From: Trichoplax adhaerens
Taxonomy: Eukaryota; Animalia; Placozoa
NCBI RefSeq assembly: GCF_000150275.1
Contig: NW_002060947.1
Span: forward strand, 7,487,880-7,551,879
DNA length: 64,000 nucleotides
Direction of reading: 5' to 3'
Part shown: positions 1 to 12,299 of the stretch, piece by piece
How the letters are laid out: every line of letters starts with the position of its first letter
How positions within the stretch are numbered: the stretch's first letter is position 1
Notes under the pieces: generated by a model
Told to the model about the DNA's origin: nothing
The model's database searches: none
Seen by the model: only the letters and a program-made list of their open reading frames with translations
Translations under genes and position numbers: made by a program

Positions 1-730
1 TCCTAAGAAGACTTTCTCTTTGCCGTTTTTACGTGTCTTCTGATGCTGCATATGTACGGTATGCTGATTGAATCTTAAGTGATCTACAGGCTCGTAGAGG
101 CTCCTCACGTTTTCTTGTAATATACACTGCAGTAAGATTGCATGCTCTTGTACAGCATCCCTGCATAATTTTTGTGCAATAAGCAACAATCTATAGCACG
201 CTCTTGAGCAGCACCTCTACATAATTTCATTGCGATCAAGATTTAATATATTTGCATTTCTATTAGTTAGTAGGATCACTTTGCTAACGACCAAGGTATA
301 ATTTTATTATTGTGTTAGTCTATCTACTCTGTGAGTATGCCTGACAGAAGCATCATCGAGCTTTCAAATGTATCGATTATTTTATCCCACTTTACAGGTT
401 ATCTGTATATTCTCTAAAATTCTTATAACATTACTTTAGATTAGGCATAGACTACTAGTCCATGGATTAGAAAGTTATGCTAGAACACCTGGATATAAAT
501 ACAAAATAATCCAATATTACACAATTACCATCGTGGCAGGATAGATCAATTCTCGTATATAACGAAATCTAATTATGGTGACTCAAACTTATGATGGAAT
601 AGTTGCATTTTATTTCAATCGCTTCAATGTAATTCTACGTTATGAACATGAGAGCCAAGAAAGAGATAAAATGAAAATAAACAGCACAACTGTTGTCATG
701 TATTGAATAGTTATATAATTTTAAGTTGTT

Positions 731-3700
731 TTATACTTTGTTGCTTTTAGTCTTCTTTAACTCTTTTGTGGTCAGTTTATCGGTAGGCACAGGTTTCGTA
801 AACTCAATGAAAGCGCAGTCGGGTGGCAAATATTGATGCAAGACTTCAGGAACAGCGATACCAGTTTCAGTTTGGAATGTCTCCAAAATGGCACAAATGG
901 CGCGAGTAGTAGCACACATAGTCGAATTTAGCATATGAACATATTCCGCCTTGATATGAAATGAAAGATGGGGATACAAATTTTTTATGCAGTTTCAATA
1001 TCAATGCAATAGTTGCTTTAATATCTTATTATAAATAGCTATAACAATTTTTATTGCCTTCAAAATACATCTTATACTGATTGTGCATACCTGGGCATTC
1101 ATTTTTTTTGTTTGGCCAAATCGAATCTGTAACCTTCTTGACTGATAATCCGTACAATTGGAGCAAGATACAAGCTCTCGAAAAGCGCCCGATCCAGGAA
1201 ACCAAGCCTCCAAGTCTAACTTTTTCGAAGCAGCATTGTTAAGAGCTCCTGAAACGATGTTGACAATTCGATAGCTAATACCAAGGGATTGATAGTAATC
1301 ACTTGCATTTTCAATCATTTCTTCCATCAATTTCCATGATTCGTTATCATTCGGTGAACATAGAACAAACTGCTCAATCTTGCAAAATTGAATGGAGAGA
1401 TTAATACTTATAAGGCGATAGGTAGTCATTTAACTAACAAAGTAAACTCGTAACAAAAGAGTGTCATCTTTTTCTACTAGTTTTACCTTTTCAAACTGGT
1501 GAACACGGAAGATACCACGCGTATCACGGCCGTGAGAACCAACTTCTTGTCTAAAACAAGTGGAAACACCGGCATACTTCTTAGGTAGCTCGGAAGGATT
1601 AATCCATTCGGCACGATGATAGGCCGCAATTGGTTGTTCACTAGTAGCAATTAGGTATTTTTCATCAATGGAAGAATCGTCAACATTTTCACTACCTTTA
1701 CCAATCACCTATCCCAAAATTTGAAAGATTAATATTGGGTGTACATACACTTGACGTAAGTTGTATTTTTGTGAAAGTAAGTTGAACAAACCTTGTATAA
1801 CTCTTCATCGAATTGGCTCAACTGTGCTACTTCTGTCATAACTTCTTTTCGCATTAGAAAAGGCGTGTACAGTGGAACATATCCCTTTTTAGCTAAAATC
1901 CTTAGAGCATGTTGTATGAGAGCAAATTCCAGAAACACCAGTTTCCCCTACCGAGAATATTTTTGTCTAATTTAGCCTTGAGGAGTAGGATGTGCGCTAG
2001 TCTAGCAGTTTAGTATTGGTACTGGTCTTACCTTTAAGTAATAGCCTCGACCGCCTGCGGTAACAGTACCTCGATTAGTATCTACACCATCTACCATATA
2101 GGCCAAATCAATATGAGAATAGCGTTTCTTTACTTCACAGTCGCCATGCGTAGCAACGACGGCATTATTATCCTAGGCAATGCAGAAATGAAAACTTGTG
2201 AGACTAGATTGTTATTGACTGAATAATAGTGGATCCATTTTCTAAATTTTGACGTGTATTATAATAATTCGATGTAACTAACCTCATCATTGCTGATAGG
2301 CACCGATTCATGCAAGAGATTACCAATTGCTCTTAATTTTTCACTACGTCGTTCTTCTACCTTGATAACTTCTGCATTACATGCAGCAATGCGGTCATCA
2401 ATTAGGCTTCTAATTTTTTTGACTCTAACTGGGGTTAAGGTCTGCATTTGAGAGGAAGTGATATGGAATAACATAAATTGGCCAGTTTAATGATGAAAGC
2501 ATAGGATGTGATACTGATCTTATTCAAGCGTATTTATTACATGTAAATAGTACAGTAGAGTATGTATAAAGTAGGATATACCAGTACGTCGGTAGAGAAA
2601 AGTTTACAGTTGACTTCAATCTTTCAAAGTCATTTCTTTATGAACCTACCCTCAAATCATCAATTGTAAGATTTGCAAGCTTTGCAACGACATCACCTTC
2701 TAAAGAATCATCAGTACCAGTTTCTTCTTTTTTCTATCAAAAGGAAATGCTTTATTGTAAGAAATATATTATGCGAAGGTCTCTGGATCATTGAGTAATG
2801 GATGCAAGATATTTATAACAGCCTACTGCTATATCTTTCCTCTAGCGAATAGATGATTGAAATAACTGTTGGTGTTTTAAGGATCTTGTAGAATTATCCT
2901 TGTCCATCACTAATCAAGGAATCCAAAACTCTATCACTCGATAGCTTAAAGTGTGTGACTAAATTATCTTTGTCAGTTATACGTCGTTATTCAAAAGAGC
3001 ATATTATGTTTGCAATTGGAGTTTTAGGATTATTCAACCTATTGCAAAGTGCAATTGTATGCTTTAATATAAATTGTTCTAAATGATCTTTTCTATTGCC
3101 CTTACTGTCGTTCTAAAATAACCTGATATCGATGATTGTACAGTATCATGATTGTAATCCATTGGATAAGAAAGATCGTGTCAAAAGAAGAATGTCGACG
3201 ATCAGCATCCATAGTAAGTAAGTACTTATTTTTACCTTCATTTTCTCTCCGTAAACTTTGCTACATTGATTCTTTAGTTTATTCCAATTATCCGCAGCAA
3301 ATCGGACTACAATCAAAGAGAATACATTACAAGGATGTCAATCATGGTAGTGTATTCATTCAACACAAGGTCGTATTGCAAGAGAGCAATCCACTTTTAA
3401 TGTTGTTGACTATTTTATAAACGATCGTGTGAAAGTCCATCGGTTATGGTTAACAACTAATTATGTAGTGATCGGTATTAAGCTCATGCATTCATCTATT
3501 AGGACTGTCATTTCAGCTCCATACTTATCCATTCGTCCATTATGACTGTAATTTCAGCTTAATACCATCCTCACCGGGAAGTAAATCGACTTTCTTGCTC
3601 ATCAACACATACCCGGTATCATCAATTGATACAACACCATTTACTTTTGGATCAACTGATCGTCTAGCCAATCAAGGCTAGTACTCTATCCCTCTACTAA

Positions 3701-3996
3701 AGTAAAGGCACTTTCAAGTACTGTATTTCAACTTGTACTCGGTCACTATTATGTATATATTTTGACAACTAGCGTTCTATTCCAATGCGATGATTTGATT
3801 AGACGTAGTTTGATGATGATGATACGAACAATTGATTCTCATAACATTATCCATACATACGTTTTCTCCATTCGCTATCCAATTGGACAACTTGATCGAC
3901 AAGGGAGACATCCTTAAAGCGTTTTCGCTGGCATTGACGAATGGATTCAGGGTTGCCTCCTTTATCTTCTCGAAATAAGTCAAGATCAAGAACCAT
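731..3996 (-). CDS. SARS1: Cytosolic seryl-tRNA synthetase, 9 exons (approx. 3996-3861, 3306-3236, 2733-2650, 2441-2284, 2172-2032, 1947-1793, 1708-1488, 1379-1092, 949-731)
   Basis: Starts [16 protein letters not shown]. Has class II motif 2 ([23 protein letters not shown]), [25 protein letters not shown] and motif 3 ([12 protein letters not shown]). The exons join in frame across GT-AG introns. Confidence 0.97.
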
Positions 3997-4201
3997 TTTG
4001 CTTTTCAGCCAAATCGTGGCAGCAGACTGCGCTAGTAGACGATGGAGTGGTCGAACAAGGGGTTTAATATTGATCGTGGGGTGTAGCGTGGCAGGTTCGA
4101 TCACTGTTTCATACTGGTGTTGGAGTTCTATTCGGCAGTATCAGCTCGAGCGTAAAGATGGCTAGTCTATAGAGACTGGCATACGTATACGACTACTGTA
4201 G

Positions 4202-5900
4202 GTCATGACGTTTTACAGTCATACTCAGGCAAGTAGACAAACTAAAATGATTTCTTGAATAAATGAGTATCAGAGTAAAGCAGAAATAATGTCACCTGTA
4301 TGTTGGCCACTATCATGGACTACAGTTTTACCAGCAACTACTACTCCAGTAAAAAGTAAGATGGTTACCTTGTAACTCCTTTAAATTTAATCTGGATTAC
4401 AAGGTTAGAATAGGATTGTTCTAAAGTTGTGCTTCAAAGTAATAGTGTTGCTAGAGTAGTCTCACTGGTTCTACAGTCCTACAGTAAATAATGAACTAGC
4501 ACCTTCCATTTACTGCAATGTATGTACAACTAGGTAACGAGTCATGACGTTTTAAAGTCATACTCAGGCAAGTAGACAAACTAAAATGATTTCTTAAATA
4601 GACCAGTATAATAGCAAAGCAGAAATAGTGTCACCTGTATGTTGGCCACTATCATAGACTACAGTTTTACCAGCAACTACTACTCAAGTAAAAAGTAAGA
4701 TGGTTACCTTGTAACTCCATTAAATTTAATCTGGATTACAAGGTTAGAATAGGATTGTTCTGAAGTTGTGCTTCAAAGTAATAGAGTTGCTAGAGTAGTC
4801 TCACTGGTTCTACAGTCCTACAGTAAATAATGAACTAGCACCTTCCATTTGCATACGCACTTCCACTTACTGCAATGTACAGTATGTACAAGTGAGTACA
4901 ACTAGGTAACGAGTCATGACGTTTTACAGTCATACTCAGGCAAGTAGACAAACTAAAATGATTTCTTAAATAGACCAGTATAATAGCAAAGCAGAAATAG
5001 CGTCACCTCCATGTTGGCCACTATGATGGACTACAGTTTTACCAGCAACTACTGCTCAAGTAAAAAGTAAAATGGTTACCTTGTAACTCCGTTAAACTTA
5101 ATCTGGATTACAAGGTTAGAATAGGGTTGTTGTAAAGTTGTGTTTCAAAGTAATAGTGTTGCTAGAGTAGTCATTGGTTTTGTACATTGAATATAATGTA
5201 CAACCAGGTCAGGAGTCAGGACGTTTACAGTCATACTGAGACAAGTAGACAACCTAAAATGATTCCTTGAATAGACCAGTATAATAGTAAAGCAGAAATA
5301 ATGTCACATTTATGTTAGCTACTATCATCGACTATAGTTTTACCAGCAACTACTACTCCAGTAAAAAGTAAGATGGTTACCTTGTAACTCCTTTAAACTT
5401 AATCTGGATTAAAAGGTTAGAATAGGGTTGTTCTAAAGCTGTATTTCAAAGTAATAGTGCTGCTAGAGTAGTCATTGGTTTTGTACATTGAATATACTGT
5501 ACAACCAGGTCAGGCGTAGGACATTTACGGTCATACTGAGACAAGTAGACAAGCTAAAATGATTCCTTTTATAGTCGAGTATGACAATAAAGCAGAAACA
5601 ATGTCACCTCTGTTTTGGCCACTTTCATGGACAACAGCTCTACCAAACGACTCACTCATACTAAGGCAAGTCGACAAAGTAAAATGATTTAACTTAACAG
5701 GCGAGTATGAGAATAAAGCAGAAATAATGTCACCTCTTTGTTGGCCACTATGATGGGCTACAGCTCTACCAACGACTGCTCAAGTAAAAAGTAAGATGGT
5801 TTACTTTGTAACTGCTTTAAACTTAATCTAGATTGCAACATTAGTTTAGGGCTGTTCTAAAGTTGTGTTTGTAGTGTTGCTAGAGTAGTCGCTGGTTCTA
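4202..5900. repeat. Tandem array of about 300-370 bp units (about 5 copies plus a partial), decaying toward the 3' end
   Basis: GTCATGACGTTTT(A)CAGTCATACTCAGGCAAGTAGACAAACTAAAATGA-like unit starts at about 4202, 4541, 4913, 5214 and 5513, with a partial near 5650. Confidence 0.93.
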
Positions 5901-5967
5901 CTTTCCTTGCAGAACTGTACATAAGGATATCCATATCCACCCCTCCCCCCAAAGAGGACATATTCTT

Positions 5968-6848
5968 CTTATTAAAAGTCGCTGCGAGTAGATATTCTTG
6001 TCGGACGGACAGACTTTTCCAAACTCAATCAGGCCGAAAATATGGAAAAATGATTTACCATTATTTACTTACACTGTAGATCTTCTGTGTCTATTTGTCT
6101 GAATCACTTTCACTCATTTAAAATCATTGACGATGTTGTAGAACTACTTTGAAGTGTAACTTGTTAAACAAGACAACGATTTAATAGAATATTATTAAAA
6201 GTCGCTGTGACTAGACATTCTTGTTGGACGGACAGACTTTTCCAAACTCAATCAGGCCGAAAATATGGAAAAATGATTTACCATTATTTACTTACACTGT
6301 AGATCTTCTGTGTCTATTTGTCTGAATCACTTTCACTCATTTAAAATCATTGACGATGTTGTAAAACTACTTTGAAGTGCAACTCGTTAAACTAGACAGC
6401 GATTTAATAGAATATTATTAAAAGTCGCTGTGACTAGACATTCTTGTTGGACGGACAGACTTTTCCAAACTCAATCAGGCCGAAAATATGATTTACGATT
6501 ATTTAATTACACTGTAGATCTTCTGTGTCTATTTATCTGAATCACTTTCACTCATTTACAATCATTGACGATGTTGTAAAACTACTTTGAAGTGCAACTC
6601 GTTAAACTAGACAACGATTTAATAGAATATTATTAAAAGTCGCTGTGACTAGACATTCTTGTTGGACGGACAGACTTTTCCAAACTCAATCAGGCCGAAA
6701 ATATGGTTTACGATTATTTAATTACACTGTAGATCTTCTGTGTCTATTTATCTGAATCACTTTCACTCATTTAAAATCATTGACGATGTTGTAAAACTAC
6801 TTTGAAGTGTAACTTGCTAAACTAGACAACGATTTAATAGAATATTAC
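5968..6848. repeat. Near-identical tandem array of about 215-225 bp units, 4 copies
   Basis: TTATTAAAAGTCGCTG...GGACGGACAGACTTTTCCAAACTCAATCAGGCCG recurs at about 5968, 6193, 6415 and 6630. Confidence 0.95.
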
Positions 6849-7230
6849 TTCATTTAGAAATAGAAGTCCATGACACAAATCGCCAGCCTACTTAACCCTT
6901 TCATCATCACAACTTGTTTCAAGTGTCCCATTGAGTACTATAGTTTCTCTTGAAGAAGTTATCCTTGATTGCAACCATAGGGTAGATCGTTAATCTACGA
7001 GTAGACTTGTCACGGTACTGTACTGTACCGGTACCGTAGACGAAGGTGGAAGACAGACTTGCAGTAGTCTGATCGGTGGATCATCACCATAGGAACAGTG
7101 TTGTCTTGTCCATGGTTGAAAGGAAGCAATGGCTTACTCTTGGCCAGACATTTCTCATTATGGGTAACCTGTAGCATGGTAAGATATAATTCCATCTCTA
7201 GGTAGATGCTTTAGCTGACCAGAGCAAGAA

Positions 7231-8910
7231 ATGACGTCGATGATAGCTAATAGGGCTAACAAACCGACAATAGACAGAGAAACCGAAAATAAATGCAACA
7301 AGGTTGACGAAGCTGCAAGCAAACAAGATGAAAAGATAACGTTAGCAAGCCCATCCTGGTTGGAAAAGACTGCTAATAGTTATAGAGCTTCACTACACAA
7401 CGAACAATTGGGACATAACCCTCGAATAGATAGCATAAAGTTAATGCAAGTTACAAGCGAACAAGATGAAGCGATAGCATTAATAATCCCGTCCATTTTG
7501 GAAAGGACTACTAACCATGTCCAAGGTTCGCCATCCAGCAACCTATCAAAAGAGGAACCAGAAATAGATTGGACAAATTTGATGCAAGCTGTAAGCAAAC
7601 ATGATGAAAAGATAACATTAGTAACCCCATCCTGGTTAGAAAGGACGGCTAACAATTCCGTCGATTTGCCACCGAATGAACAATCAGAAGAGAAAGCTGA
7701 AATAAATGAGATCGGGTTGATGCAAGATGCTAGGAAAGAAGAAGATAAAATGATAACATTGGGACCTCCATCCTGGTTGAGAATGAAGACTACTAACCAT
7801 TCCAGAGGTTCACCACAGACCGAACAATCCAAGGAGAAACCTGAAATGAATGCGACAAAGTTTATAAATGCTACAAGCAAGCAAGATACAGTGATAACAT
7901 CAGAGATAAAAAGGGCCACTAACAATTCTGAAGGTTCGCAACCAACCGAAAAATCAAAAGAGAAACCCTATATAAATGTGGTTAATTTTATACGACCTGC
8001 AAGGAAAGAAGATAAAACGATAACATCAGGACCTCCATCCCGGTTGAGAAAGAAGACTGCTAACCATTCCAGAGGTTCACCACAGACCGAACAATCCAAG
8101 GAGAAACCTGAAATGAATACGACAAAGTTTATAAATGCTACAAGCAAGCAAGATACAGTGATAACATCAGAGATAAAAAGGGCCGCTAACAATTCTGAAG
8201 GTTCGCAACCAACCGAAAAATCAAAAGAGAAACCCTATATAAATGTGGTTAATTTTATACGACCTGCAAGGAAAGAAGATAAAACCATAATAGGACCTCC
8301 ATCGTGGTTGAGAAAGAAGACTGCTAACCATTCCAGAGGTTCACCACAGACCGAACAATCCAAGGAGAAACCTGAAATGAGTACGACAAAGTTTATAAAT
8401 GCTACAAGCAAGCAAGATACAGTGATAACATCAGAGATAAAAAGGGCCACTAACAATTCTGAAGGTTCGCAACCAACCGAAAAATCAAAAGAGAAACCCT
8501 ATATAAATGCGGTTTATTTTACGGGACCTGCAAGGAAAGAAGATAAAACGATAACATCAGGACCTCCATCCTGGTTGAGAAAGAAGACTGCTAGCCATTC
8601 CAGAGGTTCACCACAGACCGAACAATCCAAGGAGAAACCTGAAATGAATACGACAAAGTTTATAAATGCTACAAGCAAGCAAGATACAGTGATAACATCA
8701 GAGAAAAAAAGGGCCGCTAGCAATTCTGAAGGTTCGCAACCAACCGAAAAATCAAAAGAGAAACCCTATATAAATGCGGTTTATTTTACGGGACCTGCAA
8801 GGAAAGAAGATAAAACGATAACATCAGGACCTCCATCCCGATGGAGAAAGAAGACTGCCAACAATTCCAAAGGTTGGTCACGGATCAAACAATCAAAAGA
8901 AAAACCTTAA
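7231..8910 (+). CDS. Hypothetical 559-aa tandem-repeat protein (about 46-47 aa monomers; 89-aa higher-order unit about 4 times), S/T/K/E/N-rich
   Basis: Uninterrupted ORF. GPPSWLRKKTANHSRGSPQTEQSKEKPEMN... recurs with period 267/264 nt. All length changes inside the ORF are multiples of 3. No recognisable domain. Confidence 0.55.
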   Translation: MTSMIANRANKPTIDRETENKCNKVDEAASKQDEKITLASPSWLEKTANSYRASLHNEQLGHNPRIDSIKLMQVTSEQDEAIALIIPSILERTTNHVQGSPSSNLSKEEPEIDWTNLMQAVSKHDEKITLVTPSWLERTANNSVDLPPNEQSEEKAEINEIGLMQDARKEEDKMITLGPPSWLRMKTTNHSRGSPQTEQSKEKPEMNATKFINATSKQDTVITSEIKRATNNSEGSQPTEKSKEKPYINVVNFIRPARKEDKTITSGPPSRLRKKTANHSRGSPQTEQSKEKPEMNTTKFINATSKQDTVITSEIKRAANNSEGSQPTEKSKEKPYINVVNFIRPARKEDKTIIGPPSWLRKKTANHSRGSPQTEQSKEKPEMSTTKFINATSKQDTVITSEIKRATNNSEGSQPTEKSKEKPYINAVYFTGPARKEDKTITSGPPSWLRKKTASHSRGSPQTEQSKEKPEMNTTKFINATSKQDTVITSEKKRAASNSEGSQPTEKSKEKPYINAVYFTGPARKEDKTITSGPPSRWRKKTANNSKGWSRIKQSKEKP

Positions 8911-9469
8911 CGTACTACGACAAAGTGGATGGATTTTGCAAGCAAGCAAGATCCAAGAGAGAACATTAGAACCTCCATCCTCGTCGAAAAAGAAGACTGC
9001 TAACACTTCCGAAGGTTGTTCACGAATCAGACAATCAAAAGAGAAGCCTGAAAATAATGCAACAAGGTTTATGGTTACTGACAGCAAATAAAACCTCCAT
9101 CCTGGTCGAGAACGAAAACTGCTAACAATTCTAGAGGTTGGTCACGGACCAAATAATCAAATGAAAAGCTTGAAAGTAAGGCGACTGAGTTTACGAAAGC
9201 TGTAAGCAAACAAGATAAAAAAATAACCCCTAAAAAAAGACGCACCTCCGTCGTGGTTGAGAAAGACTGATAACAATTCCGAAGTTTCATCACGGACCAA
9301 ACAATCTAAAGCGAAGGATAAAAGAAATGCAACAATGTCTGTGGAAGCTGCATGCAAGCAACACCAAGAGATATCATTAGGACCTTTATCTTTGTTGAGA
9401 AAGACTGCTAATAATTCAGGAGGTTCGCCTTGGACCAAACCATCAAAAGATCTCCATTCCAAAGACTAA
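8911..9469 (+). repeat. Degenerate, frameshifted continuation of the repeat-protein monomers (about 4 copies)
   Basis: CCATCC/CCGTCG-type core with AAGACTGCTAA at 8975, 9097, 9248 and 9386. Spacings of 142, 122, 151 and 138 nt break the frame, and in-frame stops occur. Confidence 0.85.
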
Positions 9470-10059
9470 TGGCTAGGGATCGTCTACTGATATAGTGAAG
9501 AATAAGGCAGCGCTATTTCTCGAGACAGAAAAGCGATATTTCTAATGTTCAAAGGAATAAATATAATAGTATCACAAGAAATATAACTGATGATTGTAAA
9601 AGGTTTTAGATCAATTTGCTAATAAAAGGGATTTGGTGTAGATTCTTATTCAAGAATTATAGATAAATTATATCTTGTATGGAAGTACGTTAAAGATTGT
9701 ATGATCTAATATCTAATCAATGTTGTAACATGGCTGTTGTAAATAAATGTTAGCCTTCTTGTATATATTTTGGGCAATCCACAACCGGCTGACTAAAGTC
9801 AACATTGGTACTACGCGGATGACCGACATAACTATAGTACTCCAATATCGCTTGCCTTTCGCTGGTACATTACAATTCTTTTGGCCAATTTGGAAATGGA
9901 GCTTATGATGAAAGGTGTAGTAGTAGTAACCGGTTTGATATGCTATCACCTAGATTTCATTTTCGATATCAGTTATTCGTTATCAGGATAGCCCAAAGTA
10001 CGAAAAATATCAATTCTGAGCAGGGCCCGGCCAACAAACATGTGCGTATAGCAGTCTGC

Positions 10060-10960
10060 CTACTTTGTAATGCTATGAATGAATTAAAAATAAATAGATA
10101 TCAAAATCCATTCAAATAGCCATTTCAATGGTATCATGTTTTTATGTCACTGCGACACAGTTGACGATATATGTATGATGTAAGAGTTAGCACAATATTA
10201 ATAATTTATGATCAGTATCGTAGAGTTGATGATAAACAATTCACTCTAAATAGTATTCAGCCCTAGTTGTTTTATGCATAAATCCAAGTTACTATGATAT
10301 CAACCAGCGAATCTATTATAACATCACATCGATTGCCTCATATAGATGAGCAGATTAAAAATAAATATCAAATCCATTCAAATGGCCGTTCCAATGATAT
10401 CATGTTTTTATCATCATTGCGGTAAAGTTGATGATATACATACGATATAAGAATCAGTACCATAGAGTTGATTAACGATTTACTCTTGAGAGCACTTAAT
10501 AGGATTCAGTGCTACTTACTTTATACATAAATCCAATTTACTATCACATAAGCCAGTGAATCTATTATTACATCACATCCATTACTTCATATTGATGAGT
10601 AAAACATTAAAAATATGTATCAAATCCATCCAAGTAGTAGTTTCAATGATATCATGTTTTGACTATTATTGCAGTAAAGTTGACCATATACGTACAATAT
10701 AAGAATCAGCAGGAAATTGATAATTCATGATTAGCATCGTAGAGTTGATAATAAACGATCGACTCTAAATAGGCTTCAGCTCTACTTGTTTATAAATAAA
10801 TCCAATTTGCTATCATATCAACTAGCGAATCTATAATATTACGTCACGTCCATTGCCTCATTTTAAATTAAAAATAAATATCAAATCCATTCCAATAACA
10901 TCATATTTTTACCATCATTGCGGTAAAGCTGACGATATACGTACGATATAAGAACAACTA
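10060..10960. repeat. Diverged tandem array of about 255-270 bp units (3 copies plus a partial)
   Basis: ATTAAAAATA..ATATCAAATCCATTC at about 10083, 10354, 10607 and 10868, with shared internal blocks (AGAGTTGAT, AAATCCAA, GAATCTAT). Confidence 0.85.
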
Positions 10961-12299
10961 CGAAATTAATTCGACGAAAATATCAAATTACTACCTTAAA
11001 GCCAATTTCAAACGTACAGACGTATAGTTATAATCTAGAATATTAGACATTGAAAGGTTAAATTGAAATTCTGAATGGATCATACACGATCATCAAATAA
11101 GAGCCGATGGAATAGGGCACCAAGAACAATGAAGGATATTGATATTGGCGTAAATTTGATTTGTTGCCAATATCAACTTAAAAATCTAGAGTTACATAAT
11201 TTCACTAGAAATAGTATTCTTAGGAGAATTTTTCTTTGTTTTATACAGTAGAAAGTAAATAATTAAATTAATTGCTATTTTTTTTATGAACTATAATCTC
11301 GAATACACTGCTGCAATAGCAAGACTATTGGCATAAAAGAATCTCCTATATTGTGTAGTGTATTAGCAACCATATTATGATCCTATTACAACATACTAAA
11401 ACTATCGAGACGAAAGAAGATTTCAAAAATAAAATGACGCGATCATACTTTGTATATTTGACTTATAAAATTTTTTATTTATTGATGTAGTAATACAGTC
11501 GTTTACATAACAGTTATTTCATCAATATCTACAGTAACAATAAAAATAATAACGACTGCTGTCAGCAAATTTTGTCAACAGTCTCGAATTGACTATTTAC
11601 AACTCATCTCTTCATCGCTTGGTAGGCAGTAACCAAGATTAGAATATTGTCAAAATGATAGAAAGTATTTACATTATCCTTATAAATTCAGGAAAAGTAA
11701 GTACTGTACTGGCAACGAAGATGATTTCAAAGGTCATGCAATTATTTTTTGTAAGCTAGGAAGTAAGGCTATTACATTGGAAAGAAATTTGGGCATTACA
11801 TGAACTTGAAGGACACCAAGGAAAACAGTACATGAAAAAAGAGTGTTGATGTAAATTAATTATCTACAATTTAAATTTCTTCATAAAGAATGCAGATACA
11901 GGTTTTAATCTGTTAGAATTGTCTGTTCGTGGCATTGGTTCCAAGATATCTATCTAAATATGATAAGTCAGATACAGGATAGAACAATTTTATTATGAAA
12001 TGATGACCACGTTAACTACCCATCCAAGCTATCGGCGTTGAAGAGATTTTCTTACATACAGAATGGACTAGCAACTGCTAAAAAGTTTATCCTGGATTGG
12101 GTAGAAGCCGGTCTTGATTGATGATTGGTTGTAGACGTAATCGTTCAGAAATAAAGCTAAGACACATTATGCTTATCTTGGCACAGCCACCTTATGTTAG
12201 ATTACGAAACTCATGGTCTTGATTTGAATTATCTACAATTAGGCTAAGATTAATCTTTGTTTCAAGAAGTGGCCCAGAAATAAGCACTGCTGTGCTTAT

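Noticed and set aside
4202-6848. CRISPR-like interpretation of the regular repeats
   Set aside because: The units are contiguous 200-370 bp copies with no unique spacers, there are no cas genes, and the context is eukaryotic.
7380-9462. Hydrophobic minus-strand ORFs (7380-7925, 7968-8192, 8235-8456, 8514-8723, 9157-9462 and others)
   Set aside because: They are antisense shadows of the A-rich repeat ORF and are broken by a stop in every unit.
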